This document shows, piece by piece, positions 23,835 to 35,773 of a stretch of 64,000 bases of DNA (positions are counted from its first letter, which is position 1; each line of letters opens with the position of its first letter). Where the stretch lies: assembly GCA_050273025.1 (NCBI GenBank), contig CP158635.1, forward strand, positions 14,012,001 through 14,076,000. Direction: 5' to 3'. The position numbers and the translations under genes are program-made. This DNA comes from Cenococcum geophilum. Its lineage: Eukaryota. The notes under the pieces are model-generated. The model saw only the letters and a program-made list of their open reading frames with translations, ran no database searches and was not told the origin of the DNA.

Positions 23835-24336
23835 TTCGGATATTACTTAGATATCTTATTCGCAATACATAAGTGGCCTCTTTTTACCACTTACACTGTC
23901 AACATGCAGTGGGACTTGTTGCAATAATTTGGTATATTATTAAAAAATCCCCTGAGCTTCTTCGGTGAAGTACATACACTTTCATATCCGCAGTTGCACT
24001 TATCGTAATCCGCCAGGTCTACTTATCATGTATCTACTAACCAGCATGTCTTCAAGATATAACTTTTGTGAATCACCAAATAGCGAGCAATGTAGAGATA
24101 TCGAGCATATTCGTCAACCCCATAGGCCCCAGCTAATAGGCCGAGGAGTGGGTTGATAGTGTTTCAGGTCTGATCTGCTCTAGGCACTCAACCGGCCCAC
24201 ATCGGGACAGAGAAATTGTAGTGTGATCCGGATTGGCAAAATTCGCCTGAATCTTATATTAAGCTGCTTGTCTCTGGTACACCTTTGTAGAAATTCACAC
24301 CAGACGAATCCCGTTCTAGGGTGATTATTAAAAATT

Positions 24337-24885
24337 ATGTCTCAGTCAAAAGACTTGCGAAATATCAACCGTTTCATTACCAGCCACACACCCGAGGGTA
24401 AAACGATATTCTCATCCACAATTGCACCAGAGGCTCCGTTTAAAGCACTGCCAGACGGCGCCGAGTTCGCTCTTTGCTATGCGACCAACCGATTTCCCGT
24501 GCAGATGCAGGACGATACCGATATCTCAACATACAAAAATTTCATGACCGACCTGCCAGGAATCACCATCTCGACTGGTTCTATCTTGCGAGTCGTAGAC
24601 ATGATGCCCGGTGCACTTTCGCCAATGCATAGAACTGTCAGCTTGGACTACGGTGTGGTATTGGAAGGGGAGGTCGAACTTATCCTGGATTCTGGGGAGA
24701 AAAGGCTGATGAAGAGAGGAGATATATCGGTGCAAAGGGGGACAAACCACGCCTGGAAGAATACAAGCGATACGAAATGGGCGAGAATGCTCTACGTATT
24801 GCTGGGATCAGAGCCACTTGTCATCGGAGGACAGACTCTCGAGGAGGATACATCAACAATTCCTGGGGTAAAAGCATCCAAGTAA
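24337..24885 (+). CDS. Cupin-domain protein (Cupin_2; resembles fungal VirC/SrdD/FogC-type cupins), 182 aa
   Basis: Intact single-exon ORF with SPMHRTVSLDYGVVLEGEVEL and GDISVQRGTNHAW cupin motifs. Confidence 0.92.
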   Translation: MSQSKDLRNINRFITSHTPEGKTIFSSTIAPEAPFKALPDGAEFALCYATNRFPVQMQDDTDISTYKNFMTDLPGITISTGSILRVVDMMPGALSPMHRTVSLDYGVVLEGEVELILDSGEKRLMKRGDISVQRGTNHAWKNTSDTKWARMLYVLLGSEPLVIGGQTLEEDTSTIPGVKASK

Positions 24886-25520
24886 ACTGCGCTTTCGTCA
24901 ATAGAATTTAGAATATGGAGACTACAAATACAGCTGTTTTGATGGAAGCAGGAAATGTGCTTCAACCGCGCAATCCACCTCGGCATGTGGGCACCCGATC
25001 CTACATCTCTCAGTAATCTCACGCGCGAGAGCCCGTTACCGTTACCGTTACAACCTAAAAACCGTTGCTGCTTGTATAGTCATGCTAGATATGAGAGCAA
25101 AACCGAAAGGTTTTGTACACATAGAGGACTTTCGGGTAGTTTGCATCGTTGGAGTGTACAGTCACCAAATACTCGATGGTCTATTATTGGAAACTCCTCG
25201 TTTTTAACTATACTGGTTGCAGAATAGCTACGAAGAACTTCAGCGTAATGCTTGCAACATCAAACACGTCAAATAATCAAGCCAGAAACGTAGGCTTCCC
25301 TAGAAAATGCCGTCTCCATGGAACTTTAGGGGTTTGTTATTGCAGGCTGCAGCGTGTCAGTGCGTTACTTGTGTCAGTATGTAGGCTAACGCCGGAAGCG
25401 GAGCTGCGGCTTTGACGTCCCCTGTTCTTCCCTGCGCTGTACCTCTTCTTCCCCGCTTCTTTGAACTTCAACGCCCAGTCCAGTCAGTGAGGTTCGAGCA
25501 GTGATGGAATATCAGCCACA

Positions 25521-28428
25521 ATGGAACCATTGACTCCACATACAGATGCCTCCAAGGGGTTTTATCAGTGTGGAGAGTGTCATCGAAGTTATAGTCGAAT
25601 CGACCATCTTGCGCGTCATGTCCGCTCACGTCAGTGTTTTCAGTTTTGGCTATTATGCTCATATTGACATGCTCATTTCAGATATGCAAGAGAAACCTTT
25701 CGAATGTACGGTCTGTAACAAAGGCTTTGGGAGACCGTAAGTGAAGTGTTTAAATCGCGAAAAGAGATTTTTGTTAATTACAGCACAGGGATCTTTTGAA
25801 AAGGCATGCTTCATGCCACGAAACACATAGAGATCAGAAGCGGCAGAAGCGTCAAGTTGGGCTGTCTTCTAGAGTTGCTCAAGCTTGTAAAGCCTGCGCA
25901 AACGCAAAATTAAAGTGCGACAACCCCCTCCCTTTTCCGGATCTATTTGTGGTTGCACAGCTCTACATATATTAAAATCATGATTTGCTTTATAGATGCG
26001 AAGATGAAAAGCCTTGTAAAAGATGTCAGCAAAAGAAGATTGTGTGCGAAAATGTCGAGAGTCGCACTGGAAACAACCAGCCCGCCAGCCGACAGCCTTC
26101 TCAAGTTATTCAAAGCAACACGGGCTCAACTGGTCATAGCTGTTTTATTACTCTAGGCAACGAGCAGATACCCACACCAGAGCCAACTGCCATGCAAGGT
26201 CTGTAGCTGGGCCTATTCTATATGTCCGTATTCTAAATTTAAGGCAGATGGACATACGCCGAGGACTGTTCGAGAGGACCTAGTGGTTGTGCGACCACTT
26301 GATATTGACGAAAATTACTTTTCCGACTTTCTTAGAGATATCTTGATGCCGGGGAACATAGAACCTTTCCCGAATAGTGACTCAAATGGTTGGACAAGTA
26401 ATCAAGAATTTGGAGCCCGTGATGTCCTTGACTTTGCAGTTGAGGGAAACCTGGACTTCAATTCAGAAGACTTCACAATGCTTGATGAATTCAATGGCAA
26501 ACCAATGCCCGGACTTGATTTTGAGCCTATCATGGAGCGAGAACTTAATGAACTACCTGGCCCAGAATCTACAGATGCCCGGAAACGCATGGCTTTGGGA
26601 ACTGAAGCTTTCCAAAGGTCCCCACTGTCACGTTGGCTACCAGCTGAACAAGACAATGCCTTCGCGGAGCAACACAACCTTTCAATTTGCACGAACGATG
26701 CAGAGTCTCCTGACAAAAAACTTAAGCTCGACAGACGCACACTATCCGCAAGTCTAGATCAGGCTGCTAGGGACCAGATCCTTGCTATGGTTTTAGAGTT
26801 CTGTGGTCCCACAAATGTTTCTCAAGCAGTCACGGCTTTCCCTACCGTTGAGCTTCTCGACGATTTGATGCAAAGCTTTTTTAATCAACATTGTTCTCAA
26901 GTCGACTCATGGATTCACTTGGCAAGCTTTTCCCCGAACTCTCAGAGGCCAGAGCTATTAGCTGCGATGGTGGCCACAGGTGCGGTTTATACTGGTATAA
27001 AAGCTTTACAGAAACTTGGGTTCGCAATTCGCGAGTCTGTACGGTTGGCGATTCCGAAACGATGTGATATGGCGAACTCTATTACGAGAGACCTATCTAT
27101 CCTTCAGGCTCTGATGCTTGAGCTTGAAGTTGGGCTTTGGAGTGGTAACAGGCGAAAGATGGAGATTGCGGAAAGTCACAACCAGGTACTCTTAACGGTC
27201 AGTACCTTGAAACTTGCTTTATGTTGACCTGAGGAATACTAATTTGGCTGCTCAGATGCTACGACGAGCAGGGAAATTCCAACGGTCAAGAACTGTCTCT
27301 GTTAGACCCCTCCCCGAAGATACCGGGGAAGTACTTCATGCCAAATGGCTTGAGTGGGTCGAGCAAGAGTCATATAAGCGACTAGTCTTCCATGCGATGC
27401 TCCACGATGCCCATGCCTCCATGTCGCTCCTTATGAATCCGTTGGTATCTTACGCAGAGTTATCCTTATCGTTACCAGAGCAACGCGAGTTATGGGCTGC
27501 AGAGAATGCAGAGAAATGGAAAGCTCTGTATGTTGCGAGCTTAAAAGGAATACCTGATAGGTTACCCTCCCCAGTAGAATGTATCCAGGACTCCACAGTT
27601 CTTCCCTCCGTTCAGGAATTTTGTGATCTTCAGTTCTCCAGTCTTATCATTTTACACGGCTTTTGGGGGATGATCTGGGAGTACATCCAAATGAATTCTA
27701 TTATGAAAGCCAGAGCGGAGAAAAACACCGGATCCTTAATTATGACATCAAGACATAAGGACCTCTTACAAAACCTGCAACATTTCCGTATGAGCATGGA
27801 AGAATGGAAATGCAAACCTTCTTCTGAGGCTGTCCTCATCCTTGAGCTCCTTTTCCTGTATCTTCACATGTCTTTAGAAGACATACAACTATTTGCAGGA
27901 AAAGAGGAGAAGGATGAGGCTCGCCGTGTCTTCCCGTCACTCGTACAATGGATTGGCTCTGAATGTTCTCGTCAAGCCGTGTGGCATGCAGGCCAAGTTT
28001 TGCGAGTAGCAAAGGCTTTCCCCCCTAGTCACCTCCGCGATTTCTATGGAATTGCTGTATATCACGCTAGTCTGGCGTTCTGGGCCTTCGGGGTAATTTC
28101 GCAAGCCAACTCTATCCGGAACCATTCAGCTGGCCCGACAGTGGAAATGAACAGTCCTATTGCACAAGAAGTAAGATTAGATGGTAATGAGACAGCGGAT
28201 GTTCAACGCTTCATTGCCTTTGGCCGTGGGCATGCGAACATTGGGGATACGGACACACCTAAAATTGCAACTCTGAGCGATCCTGAAGCGGTGATGAACA
28301 TTATGTTAGAAACCTTGACAACAAACTTTATGCGCGACATGCAAGAAGAAGCACTCCCATCACTTATAGAGAATTTGGTGCAATTGATGCGGGATCTTGG
28401 AAAGGCAGCTGGGGCAGTTCAGCGTTGA
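25521..28428 (+). CDS. Transcription factor with two C2H2 fingers, a Zn(II)2Cys6 cluster and a fungal-specific TF domain; ~871 aa, 6 exons
   Basis: Exons 25521-25629, 25682-25736, 25789-25914, 25996-26198, 26248-27197 and 27256-28428 (2616 nt in frame). Motifs CGECHRSYSRIDHLARHVRSH, EKPFECTVCNKGFGRPDLLKRHASCH, CKACANAKLKCEDEKPCKRCQQKKIVC; middle region WIHLASF..PELL, WLEWVEQESYKRL. Confidence 0.92.
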
Positions 28429-28530
28429 GTCGCAGACATAGGAAGACTCATGTCATTAAAATGCCTTCCATTCATGAGAACCGAACCGTCCTCTTATTGG
28501 TAAATTATTCCTAATCCGTCTTATTTAGGG

Positions 28531-29355
28531 TCAGTCTACGAAGAGACCTCCGTTGGCAAACAAGTGCTCTCCATTGATCCACCTCGCTCGTTCTTCACAC
28601 AGAAATCCAACTGCAAATGCAATTTCACTTGGATCAGCCATTCTTTGGGCGACAGGAGTAGCGTCGATGGTCGGCTGCAGGATCTTCATCATCTCGTCGC
28701 CAGCTTTCTGAAATCCCTCAGTCATTGTAGGACCTGGCGAAACTGCATTGACAGTACAACCGTACTTCGGCGGCAGCTCCTTGGCCCAGCATTTTGTGAA
28801 GGAATCCACCATCCCCTTCGTCCCAGCATACAAAGTTTGCATCACTGGCGGACTACGGGACGAGATGCTCACGATATTTACTATGCGGCCTGATCCATGA
28901 GTGAAATGCTTCAGGGCCGCTTGGGTGAGGAGAAATACTCCTCTACCGTTGAGATTCACGAGTTGATCCCAATGATCGAGGGTCTGTTCTTCGAAAGGAA
29001 GGTTGATAGCAAGAGCTGCATTGTTGACGACAATGTCAAGGCGTCCATATTCTGCGATTGTTTTGTCGACAAGCATTTGTGGGCCTGTTGTTGTAGATAG
29101 GTCCGCTTCGACAGCAATGCTGCGCGCCGGCAAGGTTGAAGCTAGCGTTTGTGCTTCTGATTGGAGAGGCGGGAAGGGATAATTGATAACTACGTAAGCC
29201 CCGCGACTAGATAATTCTCTCGCAATAGCTGCCCCAATCCCTAAGGGTTGGTTAATAAAAATATAATTGAGCCAATAATTCAAGAACCTTATTTACATAC
29301 CAGAATTGGACCCAGATACTATTGCAACCTTTGCGGCAAGTGTTTGGTCGACCAT
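28531..29355 (-). CDS. Classical short-chain dehydrogenase/reductase (FabG-like), ~254 aa, 2 exons
   Basis: Exons 29355-29301 and 29240-28531 (GT-AG intron). Motifs KVAIVSGSNSGIG, NNAA, catalytic YAGTK, VNAVSPG. Confidence 0.93.
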
Positions 29356-29839
29356 CGTATAATATTAACGAGACAAAATGAAACACCGACGATTAAGATG
29401 TGACATGAGTATTATCCTAAGGATATGTATAGCGAGAATATTTCCTGTATCGCCTGATGTTTGTTCTTTACATTTGAAGAAGATACGACTTCACTGGGTT
29501 CTCGACGAACGGTAAGCTCGCTTTGGGGACCGACCCCCGATGCATTACGTACCACTACACTCCTACGGAAGCTACGCCGACAGCGCCCACATCGAAGCCG
29601 ACGGCGTTTGGGAACGGAGGACAGCGGCGTGCACCAAATCGTCCTGGTGGATATCGCAAATCTGATACCTTGAAACGCGTCTACTATGCGCTAAGCGTTT
29701 TTATTTTATTTTATTTAATATCCGTTGTATTATACTACGTACAATACTGCGCATGCAGCCTCTAGGCTATGGCGCTATAGTTCTATATATATAAATCCTT
29801 TTAGGCAGCTTAACATGTACTAGTAGCATGTCCTAATAG

Positions 29840-30283
29840 GGCCGTCGTCTACCTTTCGTCTCCGCCGTCGTCTACCTTTCGTCCTCCGCCGTCGTCGCTA
29901 GGGCGTCGCTGGCTATATAGCCCCTGAAGACGCGTCACCGCGACGCGTTACCACCGCAACCAACCATTCTACTACAACCAGTCTGCTGCAGACAGCCTTC
30001 CCTACAACCAGTCTACTATAGACAGCCTTCTCTGCAACTAGTCTACTACAGATAGCCCTCCCTACAGCTAGTCTACTGCAGACAGCCAATCTGCCGCACG
30101 GCAAGGGCGCCGCAGACGCACCGCAGACGCCACCGCAGACGACCTCTACCAGTCTACAGCCATCGCGCTGTAGACGACCTCTACCACAACTAGTCTGCAG
30201 CCATCGCGCTGTAGACGACCTCTACCACAACCAGTCTGCAGCCCGCGCTACAGACGACCTCTACCACAACCACCACTACCACA

Positions 30284-30327
<44 letters not shown>

Positions 30328-31032
30328 AATATACCACACAGCACCGCACTGTAGGCGTACCGCAGATGCACCAAGGGTAGCTATAGTAGGGGGAAAGGGG
30401 CCGGCCCGTGTTACTTTAGCACGTAAAATATAAGGTGTATGGGCGAATTGGTATTTATACCCTATACAGACAACCTCGTGAAAAATTTCCAATGGGAGTG
30501 GGTTTATGTAACGAGGTTCGCCCTTATAAAATACCATTAGTAGGTTACTTTTGGGGAGAGTACCTACTAATTCCTAATTCCCTACCCTTTTTTTAAGCAA
30601 GGAGAAGAAATAGGGTACAGAATTCCAAAAAAAAGTCGTATAGGGGTAATTGGTAGCTGCTTCCAAGCTAGCAAGCTATTAGGTTTCTCTTATTCTTATA
30701 TATAAACCTATTTTATTAAAATTAAAATCTATCTTTTAGAGCGCTTTTTCTACTCTAGGAACGGCAGAATATGGCAGAAATAGATAAAAGAGCTAGGATT
30801 TCCTTGGTGCGAAACTGGATATTAGTAAGCAAAATACCAAAATGAAAAAACACTAGTAGCTAGAGCTCCCCTAGCATTTTAAAACCGGGCTGGAGTGTCC
30901 ACTTAGTTACTAGTGCATGTTAAGCTGCCTTAGAAGGATTTATGTATATAGGACTATAGCGCCATAGCCTAGAGGCTGCATGCGTAGTATTGTACGTAGT
31001 ATAATATAACGGATATAAAATAAAATATAAAA
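29840..31032 (+). mobile_element. SINE-like non-coding retroelement sharing the ~125-bp 3' end of LINE family H
   Basis: GC-rich repetitive body; 30905-31032 is the family H 3' end plus a TAAAA tail. 12-bp TSD ATGTCCTAATAG at 29828-29839 and at 31033-31040 + 32886-32889 (split by the Tc1 insertion). Confidence 0.7.
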
Positions 31033-31040
31033 ATGTCCTA

Positions 31041-32883
31041 CAGTCGTTTAAGAAATGTCGGGAACTCGCTTAGGACGCGAAAGAGCCGCATCGCCCCCCA
31101 CCAAAATTTGTAAGAGGGGCTATTCTTTTAATTTTAACCACCCATAATGCATTAACTGTGACGATGGCTCTGGAAGAGTCCTCCACATACGTCTACACGC
31201 GTTTCCTGCTTACATAGGCAGAGTCCCTTCTTGTTCGGTCTCCGCAGCAACTACTTCGGTATCCGTAGTAGTCACCCCGGACCCCGTAGATATAGGCCTA
31301 TATCAAGGCCTATATTCCTCGTAGTTAGATTCTATAGCTTCATTCATTCATTCAATATCATTCAGTTCATCAAACTGCCTACTATAAGTGCCCAAATATT
31401 GAAGCTGGCGCGTTACCTGGTTAAGTTAATTATATAGAAATTTTGGTGTTGCAACTTGTAGCGCTAGATCTATAGCAGAACTATAGCTTCAAGATTGGTA
31501 CGCTGGTAGAATTAGGTCTCTAATCTCAAAGTTCAAGCTTTAAGCAATTGAGATAGTATTTATCTATTTATCTACAATATATCCTGCTTCTTTAAAGTGG
31601 GCTTCTGCGTGCGTACTATATACTTAACTAATAGCAAAATGTAAGAAGCTCTTGAAGCTCTTAAAGTCCTTAACTAGCCGCTGGTTCCTTCTGATCCAAG
31701 CCTTAATATCATTAAATGTAGCCTTAATAGGATTGTAATCTGGCGGGTATAGTAGTAGGAATTTTAATAAGACGCTATGCTGCTTACAAAGCTCTTAAAG
31801 CCGTGTCGATTTGTGGATTTCCGCGTTGTTAAAAATAAGGACTAATCTTGGCCCTAGATAAGATAAACAATAAAGTAGTACCTGCTCCTCTATAAAGGCT
31901 TTAAATATCGCGGAGGTAATAGAGCCTTAAAAGATGTTATAGCTAGGATATCCGTCGACCGCTAATGCTGGTAGGATGCTCTACCTCTTTAACCTCTTAA
32001 GCGGGCGTGATACACCGCATTTAGTCCCTTTTAGTAACTAGCCGTACTTCCTATTACTAGTCCTCTCGTTTGCCGCTAACTTATTAAGAAATATAAGCTA
32101 CTCTACTGTCTAGCTTTTTTAGATACCAATTTAGGTGTTATGGAGGAGGCTACTCCTCTTAGCTGCCTAAGCTCTAACTATCTTCCGCGACCAGTAATTC
32201 CTCTTAAGGATATTGTGAATAGTTATAGTAGAGACTTGGGCGTCAAACTCGTTAAATAGGAAGGTCTGCATCTTATCTAAATACGCGGTTGGCTGGTCTT
32301 TAAGGAAGTTAAGAAGCCTCTATAAAACTAGTTAGTAAAAAGCTTAACACTATAACGTAATATATTACCATTTCTTGGTAAGGGAGTAGAGCTCTTAGTT
32401 ACCTAAGGACAACAGTAGGAGGAGCGTACGGTTCGCCCCAAATATTAAGGTTTAATTATATCTTATAAATCGTCTTCTTGCCCACCTTTACAGCCTCTAC
32501 AATAGCTAGTACCGCCTTGCCAGCTTTAATACAAATCCTAATTCTATGAACAACTTTATCTGGAAGGCGGCGGCCCATAATAACTATAAGCTTTGCAGTG
32601 TGTGGGAATTGAACGAGCGACTTGATTGTAAATCTATGGGTATCAAGTGGAATATATACATGAAATGGTAGCTGAAATGGGAACAGTGATCTGTAAGCAA
32701 TATTGATCTGCAATCAATATATAGGGTGGCGTTGAGGCTGTCTCGGCAGCACCCGTAGTCGGTTACAATAACTTTAATTGTGGTGGTTAAAATCGAAAGA
32801 ATTGCCCCTCATACAAATTTTGGTGGGGGGCGATGCGGCTCTTTCGCGTCCTAAGCGAGTTCCCGATATTTCTTAAACGACTA
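31041..32883 (-). mobile_element. Tc1/IS630-like DNA transposon, RIPped
   Basis: ~100-bp TIRs starting CAGTCGTTTAAGAAAT; TA TSD. Minus-strand transposase from ATG 32578 (MGRRLPDKVV) with de-RIPped IFLDESAANE, IFDNAEIH and PPDYNPIE motifs. Confidence 0.92.
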
Positions 32884-33161
32884 TAATAGTTTATAAACCT
32901 TTAGACTAGGGGTTTACTAGTCCTTAGTAAAATACTAGGTTACTAATAACTAATAGGTGGTTTAGAAAAAATAGAAAAGAATATAAGAAATTAAGAAACC
33001 CTAACGCCTATCTATATCCTATTTGTAGTTTATTCTATCCTTTTGCTCTTTAATATTTATCTACTAAAATTCTAGTAGGAGTTACCTCCTAAGAATCCTA
33101 CTGTTATTAGCCACTTTTTAGTAACTATTCCTGTCCTATTTAGAAATAAAAAGAGCGCCTC

Positions 33162-33493
33162 TATTAATAATAAGCTATAATATTACTTATATAAGCGTTA
33201 TATAAGAACACCCTAGAAGAACCCTACGGCTTTACGCAGTGTATTAGATGGTATTAGCTAGTATATTAACTAGTATATTAGATAGTATTAGCCAGTATAT
33301 TGGCTAGTGTATTAGGTAACGTATTAGAATATAAGCTAGAACGTAGATGTTCTAAAACTAGGGTCTTCTAGGTATATAAAGACTCGATCCCCTATAAATA
33401 GACATTATTAATCGTATTAAGTTCACCTACTTCACTTACTTCACTATATTGTTTACCCTGTCGTCCTTTAACCTCCGCTTACCTAAACTAATA
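33162..33493 (+). mobile_element. Solo LTR, family S, heavily RIPped
   Basis: Colinear with 34833-35212; flanks GCCTC and ACCTT differ only by transitions. Confidence 0.85.
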
Positions 33494-33589
33494 ACCTTTC
33501 TTCCTTTCTTTATATAAAATAGTTTTTTTAGGGAGAGAGAAGATCCTAATTGCCTTTATATCTCCTTTCTCTCTCCTCTATATTTTTAT

Positions 33590-35773
33590 TTATTTTTATT
33601 TTTATATCCATTATATTATACTATATACAATACTACGTATATAGCCTTTAGCTATAGCGCTATAGTTTTAGATATATAAATCCTTTCTAAGCAGCTTAAT
33701 ATATACTAGTAGCTATATCCTAGTAGTTTATAAACCCCTAAACTAGGAGTTTATAGTTCCTTAGTAAGACACTAAGTTACTATAACTATTAGGGAATAAG
33801 AAAATGGTAGGAAAACCTATAAGAAATCCTAATCCCTATTCCTATCCTTTTGCAATTTATTTCTATTCTTTTGCTCTCTACTATCCTTTTAAAAGCCTAA
33901 TAGGAGTTACCTCCTTCTAAAATCCTATTAATTTTATTCTTCTATAGAATCTTCTATGCTGGTACTATCTACTAGCTTAGCTGCTTTAAGAATCTTATAG
34001 TCTTTACTATTAGTAAAGTGTTTTTCCTTATAATTAATATAAAGAGGGGTAGTGTGTTTATAGGGTTGCCAATTACTATTAGGTAGGACAGTAGTGGTTT
34101 TTAGATAAATGTGCAGCCGTATAGAATCTGCAGGCCCTATTAGAGCATCTATCTCCAATATAGCCAAATTTTTAGTAGCTAGTGTACTGCGTAGTAGGAG
34201 AGACTTTAAGGTACTTTACTACCTTAGTAGCTATACTTGCAATTAATATCTCTTTTTACTTAAGGATTTCTTGTTTTTTCTTTCTTTATTCTTTATAGTA
34301 AAAACTATAGAGCTAAATCTAGTCTGTGGATTATATTTTTTTTTACTAAATAATATCTATCTAGGTAGTCCTTATATCCATATAGGATTAAAGGTCTTAA
34401 TTTCTTCTTTTAGAAGCTTAGAGCCTTCTTCTCCTAGAAAAGGTAGGGTAGGAACCCTATAGGCTAAAATTTAAACCCATAGTTCTAGTTTTTATTCTCT
34501 TTAAAAAGTAAAGCAGTTATACTAGATCTCCTTATATTTAACTAGGAAATCTATATTATACTCTTCTATAGTTATAAGGAGGATATTTTATTTTCCTTTA
34601 GTTCTAGCTATATACGCTAGTACTGGCTTTTTAACTTATGGTTTTAATGCAAATAGTTAATTAACTTTGTTTTATATAGAGAATGTATCTAAGAATTAGT
34701 TCTTTTCGTCTATAATTAGAACTAGCTTTCTTTCTTATAGCTACTTTTTCTTACTTCTAGTAGAGGTAGAGGTAGAGCTAGGCGTGCTACTAGTTACCCT
34801 ACTAAAAAAAGAAGGGGTAGGTAATAAGAAAGTGTCAATGATGATCTCTAATGTTGCTTATGTAAGCATTACATAAGAACACCCTAGAAGAACCCTACGG
34901 CTTTACGCGGTATATTAGATGGTATCAGCTAGTGTATCAACTAGTGTATCAACTAGTGTATTAACTAGTGTATCAGATGGTATCAGCCAGTGTATTAGCC
35001 AGTGTATTAGGTAACGTATCACCTAGTGTATTAGGTAACGTATCAGAATACAAGACGGAACGTAGACGTTCCGGAACTAGGGTCTTCCAGGTATATAGAG
35101 ACTCGATCCCCCGTAGATAGACATCATCAATTGCATTAAGTTCATCCACTTCACTTACTTCACTACATCGTTCACCCTGTCGTCCTCCGACCTTCGCTTA
35201 CGCAAATTAACAGAAAGGTAGGGAGGATAAAGAAGAGAGGTCCTTCTTTAGCCTTTCTGCGTAAATTTTTTTAATAGAAGCTACCTCCTTATAGAGAGCT
35301 CTTATTTCTTCTATAAGTCCTTTTAAGGTATCTTTTATCTCTTCTTTTTCTTCGGTTATAAAGGGATTCCTTCCTTCTAGTATACTTTATGTATAGTCTA
35401 CTAGCTATTTAACTTATTCTTATTTTTCTTTCTATTTTTCTTTTTCTTCTTTAAGCATTTTATAGGCCTAGATTAGGCTTTCTAAAGCCTTATATAGATG
35501 TTATTATAGAGAAAGGGAAAAGGAAAGTATACTAAGTATACTATCCGTAGTAGTTATTAGTTTTATTATCTTTTTTTATAGGTTTTTAGTTTTCTTTTTA
35601 GGAGAAGACTAAGGATATCCTCTTTTTTCTCCTGTCCTAAATAGGCCAGGAGAGGGAGAAGGGGGAGAAAAAGTAAATAAAGACTCCTTGTCACTTATTT
35701 CTATAGGAGGTTTTTTTAACCTATTAGGCCTTAGCATTTTATACCGTAGTTTTGGTATTAGTAGTAGTAGTAA
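33590..35773 (-). mobile_element. ORF1-only derivative of LINE family H (ORF1 ~35737-33934 joined directly to the 3' UTR and tail)
   Basis: De-RIPped minus frame has LLKEEIETFNP..LPRW and the terminal knuckle PLCINCKEKHFxNSKDC. The stop at 33934 is followed immediately by the family H 3' UTR and A-rich tail, with no RT. Confidence 0.72.
34833..35212 (+). mobile_element. Solo LTR, family S (380 bp)
   Basis: TGTCAA...TTAACA termini with a perfect 5-bp TSD GAAAG; internal 13-bp repeats CTAGTGTATCAAC-like. Confidence 0.92.

Larger units (their letters stand above)
29697..33585 (-). mobile_element. LINE family H, 3' portion (ORF2 C-terminus, 3' UTR, A-rich tail), interrupted by three later insertions
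   Basis: Minus frame 33585-33090 with the solo LTR removed reads YRGERKE..RQLGSSLSLKKLF..KKGRKALFLFL.RTGI.TKKW, typical of a Tad-like ORF2 end. The 3' UTR matches 33720-33930; tail (TAAAA)n at ~29697-29715. Confidence 0.7.

Noticed and set aside
21536..29100. Short antisense or alternate-frame ORFs overlapping the four genes
   Set aside because: Shadows of the real spliced genes with no recognisable motifs.
21248..29355. Complete secondary-metabolite biosynthetic cluster (salicylaldehyde type, suggested by the cupin and SDR)
   Set aside because: No PKS or other backbone enzyme within the window; an unlinked partner cannot be excluded.
29461..29765. Fifth cluster gene divergent from the SDR
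   Set aside because: Only short ORFs with non-ATG starts and no motifs, one running into a LINE tail; cannot be supported.
30190..30537. Poly-valine ORF
   Set aside because: Translation of a (CTA/CCA)n microsatellite inside a retroelement.
29697..31034. MULE/foldback element with ~125-bp TIRs
   Set aside because: The inverted blocks are LINE 3' ends with A-rich tails (a third copy is at 33590-33715), and a 12-bp TSD brackets only the plus-strand insert.
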